Below, piece by piece: positions 19,773 to 29,475 of a stretch of DNA of 64,000 nucleotides. The DNA comes from a bacterium. Its GTDB lineage: Bacteria > Electryoneota > Electryoneia > Electryoneales > Electryoneaceae. The stretch's first letter is position 1. Every line of letters begins with the position of its first letter. The stretch covers positions 1,920,001 through 1,984,000 of the forward strand of contig CAXXKJ010000002.1 of NCBI GenBank assembly GCA_963675295.2, in the 5' to 3' direction. A program made the translations under genes and the position numbers. The notes under the pieces are model-generated. The model was not told where the DNA came from. It made no database searches and saw only the letters and a list, made by a program, of their open reading frames with translations.

Positions 19773-22229
19773 ATGAAACGGGGACTCCTGGTCATACTAC
19801 TCGTATTGATCCAGGGACTCGCGGGAGCACCTGCTTCAGAGCGCGTTCTGAAACGAGATGTTGCATTGCGTGGGGATGAGGACGTTCAAGCCCCACAGCA
19901 TCTGGCACAGTTCGTTCCGGATGGGCTGATGGGGAGCTCTCTCATTGGCGATACATTGATCGTTGGTTCGTCCGGCTGGGATCAGTTACACAACGGGACT
20001 GTGGGCCGGCAGATCGCGTATTACGTTGATCGGGACGGCTGGCATGTTTCGTTGAACTGGATGAAGCTCGAGGGTGTCCAGACTCCGCTGCCCCGGCATA
20101 TTGTCCAGACCACAGTGAACCAGAATAGCCAGTACGGCTACGTGCTGGATCCGGCTCCCGCAGAACCCCTTGAAACCGGCTATCGAAGCGGCTATTCCAC
20201 ACTTTCCATGCATCCGGTCACGGGTGAGATCTTCCACGCCTTCCACTACGCCGGCGGCGTTCAGGACGAGTACAATTCGTTCGTTGCCCGCAAGAGTACG
20301 TTCATTCCGGATTACTGGAACCTGTTTACCAACCCGCTTGTCAGCGGGTATGAGTTCATGTGGCCGAAGAGTGTAACCGGCGCGAACGGGTACGTTCATG
20401 TGGTCAGCCACCATTCAAATACGTCGATCAACGGACCGTCTCAGCTGGCGTACATGCGTTGGCGGATTGACGAGACCAACGCACTGGTTCCGGCGACTCA
20501 AACCGGCAACCAGCGGATTCTGTCGCTGGCGCTGATGAATGTCAGCGCGGACGTTGTAACCAATCTCGATGGGTCACGTGTTGCGGTCGGGGCGTGCGTG
20601 GATCGCAACCGCACGTTGGGTGAAACGTTCCGCGGTGGGTCGAGTCAGTGGAACAGTGACGTGTACGTCTGGTACAGCCAGAATTCAGGTTCGACATTCT
20701 CGCAGCCGATCAACGTGACGTCCTTCATCGGACCGTACACAAACGCGTTGCCGGATACGGTGTTCGCCAATGGCGACACGATGCGCGCGTACACCGACTG
20801 TAACCTGTTGTTCGATGACGAAGACCGGCTGCATGTCGCCTTTTCAGCAAACAATTTCGATTATCTGCGCAACCAGGTGTATTACGAAAGCCGCATTTAC
20901 CACTGGATGCGTGACGATGAGGGCAATGACCTGTACACGGTGGTGCATCACAAGCCGTTCGCAGGCCAGCCGGAAGCGTGGGGACGGACAACCGACCGTC
21001 CCAGCATGGTATTCGATTACGACACCGGGATTCTGTGGTGCGTGATGGAAGAGGTGGATTGGGGCACGCAGCATGGCGATGTCAGCCGCACCTCAAGAAT
21101 CGCCAACTCGGACATCCTGGTTTCCGCCAGTCCGCCGGGGGAGTACAACGGCCTGTTGTGGACAAAGCCGGTCAACATCACGAACACGAAGTACATGCGA
21201 TCTGGAGGTGCGCCGGTTGGGGACAGCCGCAGCGAAACGGATGTATCCGTCTCGCTCAACTGTCGTGGTGACTTCCTGCATCTGTTCTATATGTTGGATC
21301 TGGACGCTGGCTGTGCCGTGTTGCAGGAAGGCGTGATGACCGACAATCCGTTGGTCTATCACCGCGTTTCCAAGTCCGAACTGCTGCAGCGCTTTGATGA
21401 CAATGCCGAGTGGGTGGTCAACTACCCGATGCACCAGGATCATTCCGGGTACTGGGAAGATCCAGGCGAGTGGCGCTGGGATGATTTCGGCGGATTCTTC
21501 ACGACGGCTCGTGGCACAGATGTCCCGGTCAAGCTGAACATCGAGGTATCCGCCCCGATGGTTCCTGCGCGTGGTGGCATTCTCAGTGCGGCAATCAGTG
21601 TGCGCAATGAGGCGGATCACCCGTATCCGGACGTCGATTTCTGGAGCATGGTGACGTTGCCGAACGGGCGGCAATACGGCCCGGTGACGTGGTTTACGGT
21701 GAACATCCCTCAGAAGGCGGCGGAAACGGTTGTTCCGTTGAACCAGATCGTGCCGAGTTACGCTCCGCACGGCAAGTACTATTACTCGATGCACCTCGGT
21801 GATTATCCGGAATCGCTTGTCAGCGACTCGTTCGTGTTCACCAAGCTGGCCGGTAGTGCGGACGAGATGGACGGCGACGAGTTCATCTGGGATCCGGACG
21901 ACTGGGAATCGTTCATGACCCCGATCATCTTCGAAGAGGATGAGGATGACGAAGCGATCCCGTCTCAGTTTACCCTGAGCGAGGCGTGGCCGAACCCGTT
22001 TAACGCGGTGACGAGCATGACGTTGACCTTGCCAACGCGAGCGACGGCCCATGTGCGCGTGTACGATATCACGGGACGCTACATTGCCACCCTGCTGGAC
22101 GGGATGCAGCAGGCCGGGAAACACCAGATGGCGTTCGATGCGTCAGATCTGGCGAGCGGAGTGTATGTGGTGCGCGCGGAGGTTGACGGCCGTTTCACGC
22201 AGTTCCGGAAGCTGGTATTGATCAAGTAA
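19773..22229 (+). CDS. secreted hypothetical protein (probable beta-propeller) with shared module and T9SS CTD
   Basis: RBS gggagg; signal MKRGLLVILLVLIQGLAGA; paralog of 24372-26807; WPNPFN CTD. Confidence 0.85.
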   Translation: MKRGLLVILLVLIQGLAGAPASERVLKRDVALRGDEDVQAPQHLAQFVPDGLMGSSLIGDTLIVGSSGWDQLHNGTVGRQIAYYVDRDGWHVSLNWMKLEGVQTPLPRHIVQTTVNQNSQYGYVLDPAPAEPLETGYRSGYSTLSMHPVTGEIFHAFHYAGGVQDEYNSFVARKSTFIPDYWNLFTNPLVSGYEFMWPKSVTGANGYVHVVSHHSNTSINGPSQLAYMRWRIDETNALVPATQTGNQRILSLALMNVSADVVTNLDGSRVAVGACVDRNRTLGETFRGGSSQWNSDVYVWYSQNSGSTFSQPINVTSFIGPYTNALPDTVFANGDTMRAYTDCNLLFDDEDRLHVAFSANNFDYLRNQVYYESRIYHWMRDDEGNDLYTVVHHKPFAGQPEAWGRTTDRPSMVFDYDTGILWCVMEEVDWGTQHGDVSRTSRIANSDILVSASPPGEYNGLLWTKPVNITNTKYMRSGGAPVGDSRSETDVSVSLNCRGDFLHLFYMLDLDAGCAVLQEGVMTDNPLVYHRVSKSELLQRFDDNAEWVVNYPMHQDHSGYWEDPGEWRWDDFGGFFTTARGTDVPVKLNIEVSAPMVPARGGILSAAISVRNEADHPYPDVDFWSMVTLPNGRQYGPVTWFTVNIPQKAAETVVPLNQIVPSYAPHGKYYYSMHLGDYPESLVSDSFVFTKLAGSADEMDGDEFIWDPDDWESFMTPIIFEEDEDDEAIPSQFTLSEAWPNPFNAVTSMTLTLPTRATAHVRVYDITGRYIATLLDGMQQAGKHQMAFDASDLASGVYVVRAEVDGRFTQFRKLVLIK

Positions 22230-22257
22230 CGGAGCATAGCACAGACTCAACCATTCC

Positions 22258-22289
22258 CTGCCACGGTCTTACGATCGTGGCAGTTTTTT
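22258..22289 (+). terminator. intrinsic terminator
   Basis: ctgccacggtc-ttac-gatcgtggcag-tttttt. Confidence 0.8.
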
Positions 22290-22433
22290 CGCATACGACC
22301 CGACACGCGCTCCCTCCGTTCGCTGGTGAGACCGGCTTCTCCGCTCTTTCATTTCCGTGATTCCGGATGCACCTTCCGGCGGTTTCCCCCATCTAACCAT
22401 CACTGTACGTCAAGCAGCTACCGGACTTCAGCC

Positions 22434-24191
22434 ATGCGTTATCTGATTGTCGCCTTTGCCAGCCTTTTCCTGCTGATTGGATGCAGCCAACCGGACTTCA
22501 CACTTACCGTACTGCACAACAACGACGCTGAGTCGCAGTTGATCAACCTGGGGGAGGGCGAACTCCAGAACTACGGTGGTGTGGCCCACTTCAAGTCGTT
22601 GACGGACACGGTCAAGGCGTGGGCGGATGGTCAAACCGACGGCTGGATCATGCTCACCTCGGGCGACAATTTCCTCGCCGGCCCGGAGTGGAATGCGAGC
22701 ATTGAAAAGGGTGAATTTTACGACGCGCTGGCGATTGACCGGCTCGGCTATCACGCGTTGTGTCTTGGGAATCATGACTTCGACTCCGGTCCCGCGACGC
22801 TCGCCGCGTTCATTGACGCAACCGGTGAGGTCAGCCACCCGTGGTTCCTCAGCTGCAACCTGGACTTCCAGGACGAGCCGGAGATGCAGGCGCTGGTCGG
22901 GAAAAAGCTGGCCCAGAGCAAGGCGTTCGACATTAATGGCACGACGGTTGGCGTGATCGGGGTGACGACGCCGAACCTGAGCTTCGTCTCGGCGACCGGC
23001 CGCACGGTTGTGCAGACGGACATTCTGGCCGAGGTTTCCGCTGAAGTTGACGTGTTGACACAGCAGGGTGCGAAGATCATCATCCTCGTCAGCCATCTGC
23101 AGGGCGTGGAGGAGGACATGGCGCTGATCCATCAACTCAGCGGTGTGGACATTGTCATTGCGGGTGGCGGCGACGAACTGCTGGCGACGGTTCCCGACGA
23201 CGTATTGATCCCCGGTGACGAGAGTGAACGCTACGGCGACTACCCGATGTACGCGACCGACACGGACGGCCACAGTGTGCCGGTGGTGACGACTCGCGGC
23301 AATTTCGGGTATCTCGGCGTGCTGGTGGCGACGTTTGATGGGCATGGCAACCTGCTGCGCGTGGACGACGCGGCGTCCGGTCCACGTGTGGTCGCGAATG
23401 AAAAGGTAGAGGGTGGTGTCCCGCCGAACCAGCGCATGCTGAACGAGGTGGTGACGCCGGTACGGGCGTACGTCGATGATCTTGGCGACAACATCATCGC
23501 GTCGAGCACGGTCAAACTGGACGGCATCCGCAACCATGTGCGCGGCCAGGAAGCGAACGAGGGTAACCTGATCGCGGACGCGTTGCTGTGGAATGCGAAA
23601 CGGCTGCACGCGCAGTTCAACGCGCCCGAGCCCGAGGTGGCAATCCAGAACGGTGGCGGAATCCGCAACGACAGCTACATCCCCGCTGGTGCGATCTCGG
23701 AGCTGACGACGTTCAACATGCTGCCATTCGGAAATCAACTCTGCGTGGTGCACGATCTTTCGCCGCAGGAAGTGAAGGACATGCTGGAGAATGCGGTCTC
23801 CGCGACCAACGGCGGCGCGGGTACCGGCCGGTTCGCCCAGGTGGCGGGATTGCGATTTGAATACGACATGAGCCGGTCGGTGCAGGTGTACGCTGAGGAC
23901 AACACAATCGCGATGCCGGGTGAACGCATCCGCAATGTGTGGCTGGATGACGGCACGGTGCTGGTCAAAGACGGCGTTGTCAACGACGACGCGCCGCACA
24001 TTGACGTGGCCTGCGGTGATTTCCTTGCCCGTGGCGGCGACCAGTACCCATTGTTCCACAAGCCACGGACCTTGCTCGGAATCAGCGATCAGCAGGCGCT
24101 GGCGGCGTACTTGCGGCACATCGGGAAAGTGACGGCGAAGGACTATCCGTTGAGTGGGGAAGGCCGGTCGAAAGCAGTGTCCAGCCGCTGA
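22434..24191 (+). CDS. 5'-nucleotidase family metallophosphoesterase, lipoprotein
   Basis: LHNNDAES, SGDNF, LGNHDFD, LVSHL, EANEGNLIADA, QNGGGIRN, MLPFGN, FAQVAGL and FLARGGDQY motifs; lipobox LIGC. Confidence 0.92.
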   Translation: MRYLIVAFASLFLLIGCSQPDFTLTVLHNNDAESQLINLGEGELQNYGGVAHFKSLTDTVKAWADGQTDGWIMLTSGDNFLAGPEWNASIEKGEFYDALAIDRLGYHALCLGNHDFDSGPATLAAFIDATGEVSHPWFLSCNLDFQDEPEMQALVGKKLAQSKAFDINGTTVGVIGVTTPNLSFVSATGRTVVQTDILAEVSAEVDVLTQQGAKIIILVSHLQGVEEDMALIHQLSGVDIVIAGGGDELLATVPDDVLIPGDESERYGDYPMYATDTDGHSVPVVTTRGNFGYLGVLVATFDGHGNLLRVDDAASGPRVVANEKVEGGVPPNQRMLNEVVTPVRAYVDDLGDNIIASSTVKLDGIRNHVRGQEANEGNLIADALLWNAKRLHAQFNAPEPEVAIQNGGGIRNDSYIPAGAISELTTFNMLPFGNQLCVVHDLSPQEVKDMLENAVSATNGGAGTGRFAQVAGLRFEYDMSRSVQVYAEDNTIAMPGERIRNVWLDDGTVLVKDGVVNDDAPHIDVACGDFLARGGDQYPLFHKPRTLLGISDQQALAAYLRHIGKVTAKDYPLSGEGRSKAVSSR

Positions 24192-24371
24192 AAAAGCCGC
24201 TGGCCGGGCTCTCATCCTCGGGAATAAGCCTGAGTACCGCCCTGCGAGGAGTAGCCAGACTCCGGTTTGATTTGGTATTTTACATATCTCAGAAGAATAG
24301 GATTCAGTGCCGAATCAGGCACAAATCACACAGGCATGTTATTCTGGCGGGCAAACCTGGAGTTTCGAAAC

Positions 24372-26807
24372 GTGATACGAAGATGGCTCCATGCGCTGCT
24401 TCCCCTGCTCCTGGTGGCAGCCATCAGCAGGGCAGATGATCGTCTCATCGCACCGGTCGCGATCGATCTCAATGGCACCGAGGCAATACAACTCCCCCGT
24501 GAACTCCCCGGAATTGATCCAAACGATTATGTCATCGACACGGTCGTCGGTGATACCATTCAGATAGGCGCGTCCGCCTGGGACGATCAGCACAACTCCA
24601 ATGCCGCGCGGCAGATCTGCGCGACTCCGTCCGCCAACTGGCTGGCGCAGGTCGTCTTCACCAAGCTTTCCGGCAACAGCATTTTCGATCCGCGTCATGT
24701 GCGCACAACACGTGTTCGCGAGGACGGGAATGGCAACCTCGAAGTGTGGCCGCTGCCCACGGTTCAGGTCGATAACTATTTCCGTACGGGCTACACCGGC
24801 ATCACCTATAACGAGGCGGCCCACACGCCGTTGATCGTGATGCACGGTCAAGAATTCGAATTCAGTTTCCTCAATTCCTACGCGGCTGTCTCCGATCCCA
24901 GCGATCCCAACACATTCGATTTTACTGCGCTGCCGTTTCTCCCGTTTATCGGTCAGTACTGGCCGCGTGTGGTTTCCGGCGAGGACAATTATGTCCACAT
25001 GATGATGCACGGGGCGCGGATCAACAGCACCGACCCGATCACGATCACCTACATGCGCTACACCGTAGATGAAGTCACGCATGACCTGACGCCGTCGACC
25101 CCGTTTAATCTGCCGGTGTTGTTGACGGACCAGGTGATGAACATCAGCGGTGATGTCGCCGTCAGTGATAATGGGCAGCAGGTTGCGGTGGGTGCGTGTC
25201 TCACCCGGCATGAGACATTGGGCGAAACCTGGGGCGGGTTGACCGCGACCCAAGTGAACAATGATGTCTACGTTTACATCAGCGAGGACGGCGGGTGGAC
25301 GTGGAATCCCAACGACCGCAAGAACATCACCCAGTTCATTGAACACAACTACGTTGATCCCGGCGACACAATGCGCGCCTACGCCGACTGCAGCGTGGAG
25401 TATGCGTACAACGACCTGCGCGTCGCGTTCACGGCCGCGCACGGCAATGCGATCACCGGCGAATCGTTCTACGAAAGCCGTGTTTACTGTTATTCGCAGA
25501 GTGTGACCGGTAACGATCAGTGGTCGTTGATTCACTTCAAACCGGATCCCGGCTACCCGCCGGAGGCATGGGGGCGGACGGCGGACAGCCCGAGCCTCTA
25601 CTTCGATAGCAACAGCGGGATTCTGTGGTGTTTGTTCCGTGCATTCGGCGGTGGAATTCACGACTACGGCGAGAACTCCGGCATGGGAAACGGAGACTTG
25701 TACATCACCGCCTCGCCGCCGGGAATCTACAACGGGCTGTTGTGGACGAAACCGGTCAATATCACCAACTCCAACTGGACCGAACCGGGCGGTGCACCGA
25801 TCAGTTCCTGCCGCAGCGAGATGGACGCGACCATCGCGGAAAACAGCAACGGCGAGTACCTGCAGATCAGCTACCTGGTTGATATTGACGCCGGGACAGC
25901 GGTCGCCAACCCGCAGGAAGGCGCGGTCACGAACAACCCGTACCTCTATCATCGCATTCTCAAGGACGACCTGCTGCGCGAGTTTGAAATCGAACGTGAA
26001 TGGGTGCAGAACTATCCGCTGCATGTGGACAGTACCGGCTTCTGGCAGGATCCGGGCAATTGGGAATGGTCGGACTATGGTGGATTTTTCACCGGATTCC
26101 GTGGTGACTTGCCGGTATCGTTGACCATGACCGAGATCAATTTCACTATTCCGCCCGAGGGCGGGGTTGGTACGTATTCGACCGACCTGGTCAGTTCGAC
26201 CGGAAACACCTATTCCAACGTGACCTTCTGGACCAAGCTGACAACGCCCAGCGGCGAAGTAATTGGTCCGCTGGTGTTGCGGACTTTTAACCTCGCGCCG
26301 TTCATGGAAGTTCATGTTGATGAGATGTCGCAGAACATCCCGGGTAACGGTCCGGGGGGAACGTACTACCTGACAGGCTATCTCGGTTATTACCCGAACT
26401 CGTATGTGCACGACTCGATCCAGTTCTTCAAGTTCGGCGACACTATGGATGAGTTCGATTACGACCCCGCGCAGTGGTGGTTCAGCGACTTCCAGGTTGG
26501 AGAAACGGCTGCGGAGAGTGAGGCGGACGTCGTGCAGCCCATTTCGTTCAGCTTGAGCGAGGCGTGGCCGAACCCGTTCAACGCGGCAACGTCGATCTCG
26601 GTGACGCTGCCATACGCGTCAGAACTGCGGTTGACGGTGTATGACGTGACCGGGCGGTTGGTCGCCGAACTCGCGGATGGCTGGACCGGCGCTGGCGAAC
26701 ACACGTTTGCGTTTGACGGTTCGGAGCTGGCCAGCGGGGTGTATTTCGTGCGCGCCTCAATCCCCGGCGAGCGGACGCAGACGCGCAAAGTGGCGCTGGT
26801 GAAGTAA
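24372..26807 (+). CDS. secreted hypothetical protein, paralog of 19773-22229, with shared module and T9SS CTD
   Basis: GTG start after ggag; shares DTMRAYxDC, PEAWGRTxDxPS and ASPPGxYNGLLWTKPVNITN with 19773; WPNPFN CTD. Confidence 0.85.
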   Translation: MIRRWLHALLPLLLVAAISRADDRLIAPVAIDLNGTEAIQLPRELPGIDPNDYVIDTVVGDTIQIGASAWDDQHNSNAARQICATPSANWLAQVVFTKLSGNSIFDPRHVRTTRVREDGNGNLEVWPLPTVQVDNYFRTGYTGITYNEAAHTPLIVMHGQEFEFSFLNSYAAVSDPSDPNTFDFTALPFLPFIGQYWPRVVSGEDNYVHMMMHGARINSTDPITITYMRYTVDEVTHDLTPSTPFNLPVLLTDQVMNISGDVAVSDNGQQVAVGACLTRHETLGETWGGLTATQVNNDVYVYISEDGGWTWNPNDRKNITQFIEHNYVDPGDTMRAYADCSVEYAYNDLRVAFTAAHGNAITGESFYESRVYCYSQSVTGNDQWSLIHFKPDPGYPPEAWGRTADSPSLYFDSNSGILWCLFRAFGGGIHDYGENSGMGNGDLYITASPPGIYNGLLWTKPVNITNSNWTEPGGAPISSCRSEMDATIAENSNGEYLQISYLVDIDAGTAVANPQEGAVTNNPYLYHRILKDDLLREFEIEREWVQNYPLHVDSTGFWQDPGNWEWSDYGGFFTGFRGDLPVSLTMTEINFTIPPEGGVGTYSTDLVSSTGNTYSNVTFWTKLTTPSGEVIGPLVLRTFNLAPFMEVHVDEMSQNIPGNGPGGTYYLTGYLGYYPNSYVHDSIQFFKFGDTMDEFDYDPAQWWFSDFQVGETAAESEADVVQPISFSLSEAWPNPFNAATSISVTLPYASELRLTVYDVTGRLVAELADGWTGAGEHTFAFDGSELASGVYFVRASIPGERTQTRKVALVK

Positions 26808-26849
26808 GCGCGTTCCCATCAGTTCGCGGATCGATAGATTGAAACCAGA

Positions 26850-26880
26850 ACAGCCACGGATCATGGCGATCCGTGGCTGT
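26850..26880. terminator. hairpin between convergent genes
   Basis: acagccacggatc-atggc-gatccgtggctgt. Confidence 0.7.
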
Positions 26881-26909
26881 AGTATTTCGCGATTGGTGAC
26901 TCGCAACCG

Positions 26910-28232
26910 TCAGGTATGCAGTTCAGCCAGCTCGTGCTTCTCAATCTTCTTGTGCTTGCGGTTTCCTCTGCTGCGAACGTGACCGTTGGCCCTTGTTCTG
27001 GCCACGGCAGGCTGGGTTGTTGCCTGCGCTTTGGACTGCCAGTTCGTGCGTTCAAGCGCCAGCATCCTGCGCCGTTCGACCGCGCCCGACACGAGGAAGA
27101 ACACCGCGAAGCCGGTCGCGACGAGCACACCGCACAAGGTGTACAGAGTCATGTTGTACCCGGCAAGGGTCAGGACCGGATTCCCGAGGAAAAAGACGAG
27201 CGAATTTGCGGCGAAGATGATCACCCGCACCTCGGTCGGTCCGAGTTTCCCGAAAGAAATCTTGAAGTCTTCGCGTGCAATGGTCACCAGGTACACCAGG
27301 ATCGACAATGAATGGTAGCCGATAGTGATGAACAGGGCGACGGTCAAGTCCATGATCGGCGAGAAACCCATCGCGATGGTGATCACGCTGACCGTTACCG
27401 CGTCGCTGTAATGGTCGACGAAGAACCCGTATTTCGGGCGTTCGATATGACGGACGCGTGCAAGAGTACCGTCCAGACTGTCCGCCCACCAGTGCAGGAT
27501 CAGGCCGAGGTTCGCCAGCCACAACCACGCGAGGTGGTAATGGGTCAGCAGGTAGCCCGCACCGATCAGCAGGCCGGAGATCAGTCCAAAAGCGGTAAGC
27601 CGGTCAGGCGTAATCCATTGTGGTAGTCGCTTCGCCATCCAAGGCAGTGCAACCCGTTCAAATCCACTCAGCAGGCTGGCATTGACACGTTGGCGATTTT
27701 CTGTTTCACGTGTTTTCGTCATTGAAGCAGGTATCCGTTCCATGTGTTTGGCAACAGTTTTCCGTTGCTTCCTGAAAATGACTTTCTCATTGAGCCAGAA
27801 CTTGATCACCGGCCCCATGATCATGCCGATGACATTTGCGATGAGGTAGTAGACACCGAAGAATGTGGTCAGAATCCACAGCAGCGAGACATTAACCAGG
27901 ATGTCAACCAATCCGGTTGCGGTGTTGTAGACCAGCAATTGCTTGAAGAACGGTTCCGGCTTGTCTGCGATCCGTTTTTTCCATGTCCAGTTACGGTGCC
28001 AGATGAAATTGTGCACGATCGCGAGTTCGATGGCGATCATGCTGGCGGGGATTAACGGGATCCCCAGCACACCTTTCATCAGGTACAGCACTCCGGTGTT
28101 GACCACAGCGCCCAACCACCCGACGAGCTGAAATTTCGCACCACGGAACGCCAGATGTAACCACTTCCTGCGTCCGGTTTTCGAATGTGATTCAACGGTG
28201 TCAGGTGTGGAATGGAGAGGTGCGGTTTTCAA
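26910..28232 (-). CDS. GtrA-like membrane domain fused to CDP-alcohol phosphatidyltransferase
   Basis: N-terminal 'KFQLVG..GAVVN...AIELAIVHNF..HRNWTW' (GtrA); C-terminal 'ITPDRLT...DSLDGTLARVRH...GFFVDHYSD'; RBS ggggag before TTG. Confidence 0.85.
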   Translation of the reverse strand: MKTAPLHSTPDTVESHSKTGRRKWLHLAFRGAKFQLVGWLGAVVNTGVLYLMKGVLGIPLIPASMIAIELAIVHNFIWHRNWTWKKRIADKPEPFFKQLLVYNTATGLVDILVNVSLLWILTTFFGVYYLIANVIGMIMGPVIKFWLNEKVIFRKQRKTVAKHMERIPASMTKTRETENRQRVNASLLSGFERVALPWMAKRLPQWITPDRLTAFGLISGLLIGAGYLLTHYHLAWLWLANLGLILHWWADSLDGTLARVRHIERPKYGFFVDHYSDAVTVSVITIAMGFSPIMDLTVALFITIGYHSLSILVYLVTIAREDFKISFGKLGPTEVRVIIFAANSLVFFLGNPVLTLAGYNMTLYTLCGVLVATGFAVFFLVSGAVERRRMLALERTNWQSKAQATTQPAVARTRANGHVRSRGNRKHKKIEKHELAELHT

Positions 28233-28364
28233 ACCAACTCCCCTGTCTCATGAACCGATTGCCCCAAATCGGCGTTTGGTACGACGGTACCGCCTCAACC
28301 GAACGTAACAGTTTTGAAACGGTACTCTAATGGAATGCCCGAGCAGGGTGGGAGTTCCAAACGT

Positions 28365-28401
28365 AAAAGAAAACCTCAACCTCCCGGAGGAAGTTGAGGT
28401 T
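28365..28401 (-). terminator. intrinsic terminator of arcC
   Basis: aacctcaac...gttgaggtt stem preceded by an A-rich run on the + strand. Confidence 0.7.
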
Positions 28402-28426
28402 AGATGAGTCAAAGTGTTGATTTTAC

Positions 28427-29386
28427 TTAACCAGCGATCAGGGTCGTACCGGCTTCGCCGCTGAGTGCGGGCAGGGCGTGGTCGAGATCGGTGATGATCA
28501 CTCGTTCGCCGCCGCCTTCGATGAACTGGATCGCGGCTTCCATCTTCGGGCCCATGCTTCCCTTTGGGAAATGGCCGGCGTCCATGTACTGCCGTGCTTC
28601 GCTGACCGTCAGCGTGTCCAGATCCTGCTGCTCCGGTTTGCCGAAATGAAGCGAGACCTTCTCGACGCCGGTCATGATCAGCAGGTCTTTCGCGCCAATG
28701 CTGTTGCCGAGCAGAGCGGAGGCGCGGTCCTTGTCGATCACCGAGTCGACGCCTTCGAGGTGGCCGCTCGGTTCACGGTACACCGGAACTCCGCCACCGC
28801 CGGCGCAGATGACGACATGTTTCTGCTTCAGCAGGGACTTGATCGTATCGGCGATAACAATCTCACGGGGGATCGGCGAACCGACCACACGTCGCCAGCG
28901 TCCGTCCTTGTATTCCTTCATCTTCCAGCCGTCGATGTTGATCTTGTCTTCGGCTTGGCGGCGGGAATAGGTCGGTCCGATGAACTTGCTCGGATCGAGC
29001 AACGCCGGATCGTTCTGATCGACCACAATCTGTGTGACCAGCGAGACGACGGGCTTGACGATCTTCTCATCCATCAGCCGGTTGATCAGCGATTGCTCGA
29101 TCATATAGCCCATCCAGCCCTCGGTGGACGCGTCCAGCACGCCGATTGGCTGGTCGGGCGCGATGCCGTACGCAGCTTCAACACGCAGCAGTTCGTAGCC
29201 GATCTGCGGCCCGTTGCCGTGGGTCAACGCGATCTCGTATCCGGCCTGGATCAACGACACGATCGCGCCCATGCTCTTGCGGGTCTGCGCGAACTGGGTG
29301 TAGATGGTTTCGTCGTTGACGTTTGGATCGCTGATCGCATTTCCGCCGAGTGCGACGACGGCGATGGGGTTTCCGTTTGAAGTCAT
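28427..29386 (-). CDS. arcC: carbamate kinase
   Basis: VVALGGNAI, THGNGPQIG, DPSKFIGP, WRRVVGSP, GGGGVPV, GVDSVIDKD, GSMGPKMEAA. Confidence 0.95.
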   Translation of the reverse strand: MTSNGNPIAVVALGGNAISDPNVNDETIYTQFAQTRKSMGAIVSLIQAGYEIALTHGNGPQIGYELLRVEAAYGIAPDQPIGVLDASTEGWMGYMIEQSLINRLMDEKIVKPVVSLVTQIVVDQNDPALLDPSKFIGPTYSRRQAEDKINIDGWKMKEYKDGRWRRVVGSPIPREIVIADTIKSLLKQKHVVICAGGGGVPVYREPSGHLEGVDSVIDKDRASALLGNSIGAKDLLIMTGVEKVSLHFGKPEQQDLDTLTVSEARQYMDAGHFPKGSMGPKMEAAIQFIEGGGERVIITDLDHALPALSGEAGTTLIAG

Positions 29387-29475
29387 GGCAACCTCAGGAT
29401 ACGAGTCTCGAGAATAAAACCTGAGTCCGGGCACGAGCCCTGGACTCAGGTCTGAAGACTCAAGACGGATTGAGC

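Noticed and set aside
11367-26807. Possible diversity-generating retroelement among the repeated C-terminal regions
   Set aside because: No reverse transcriptase is present, and the repeats are coding paralogs without adenine-specific mismatches.
29419-29451. Hairpin between the arcE-like gene and arcC as a terminator
   Set aside because: The stem is real (cctgagtccgggc/gccctggactcagg) with a short U-rich tail on the - strand. It could equally be an attenuating or stabilising intra-operon element, so it was not called.
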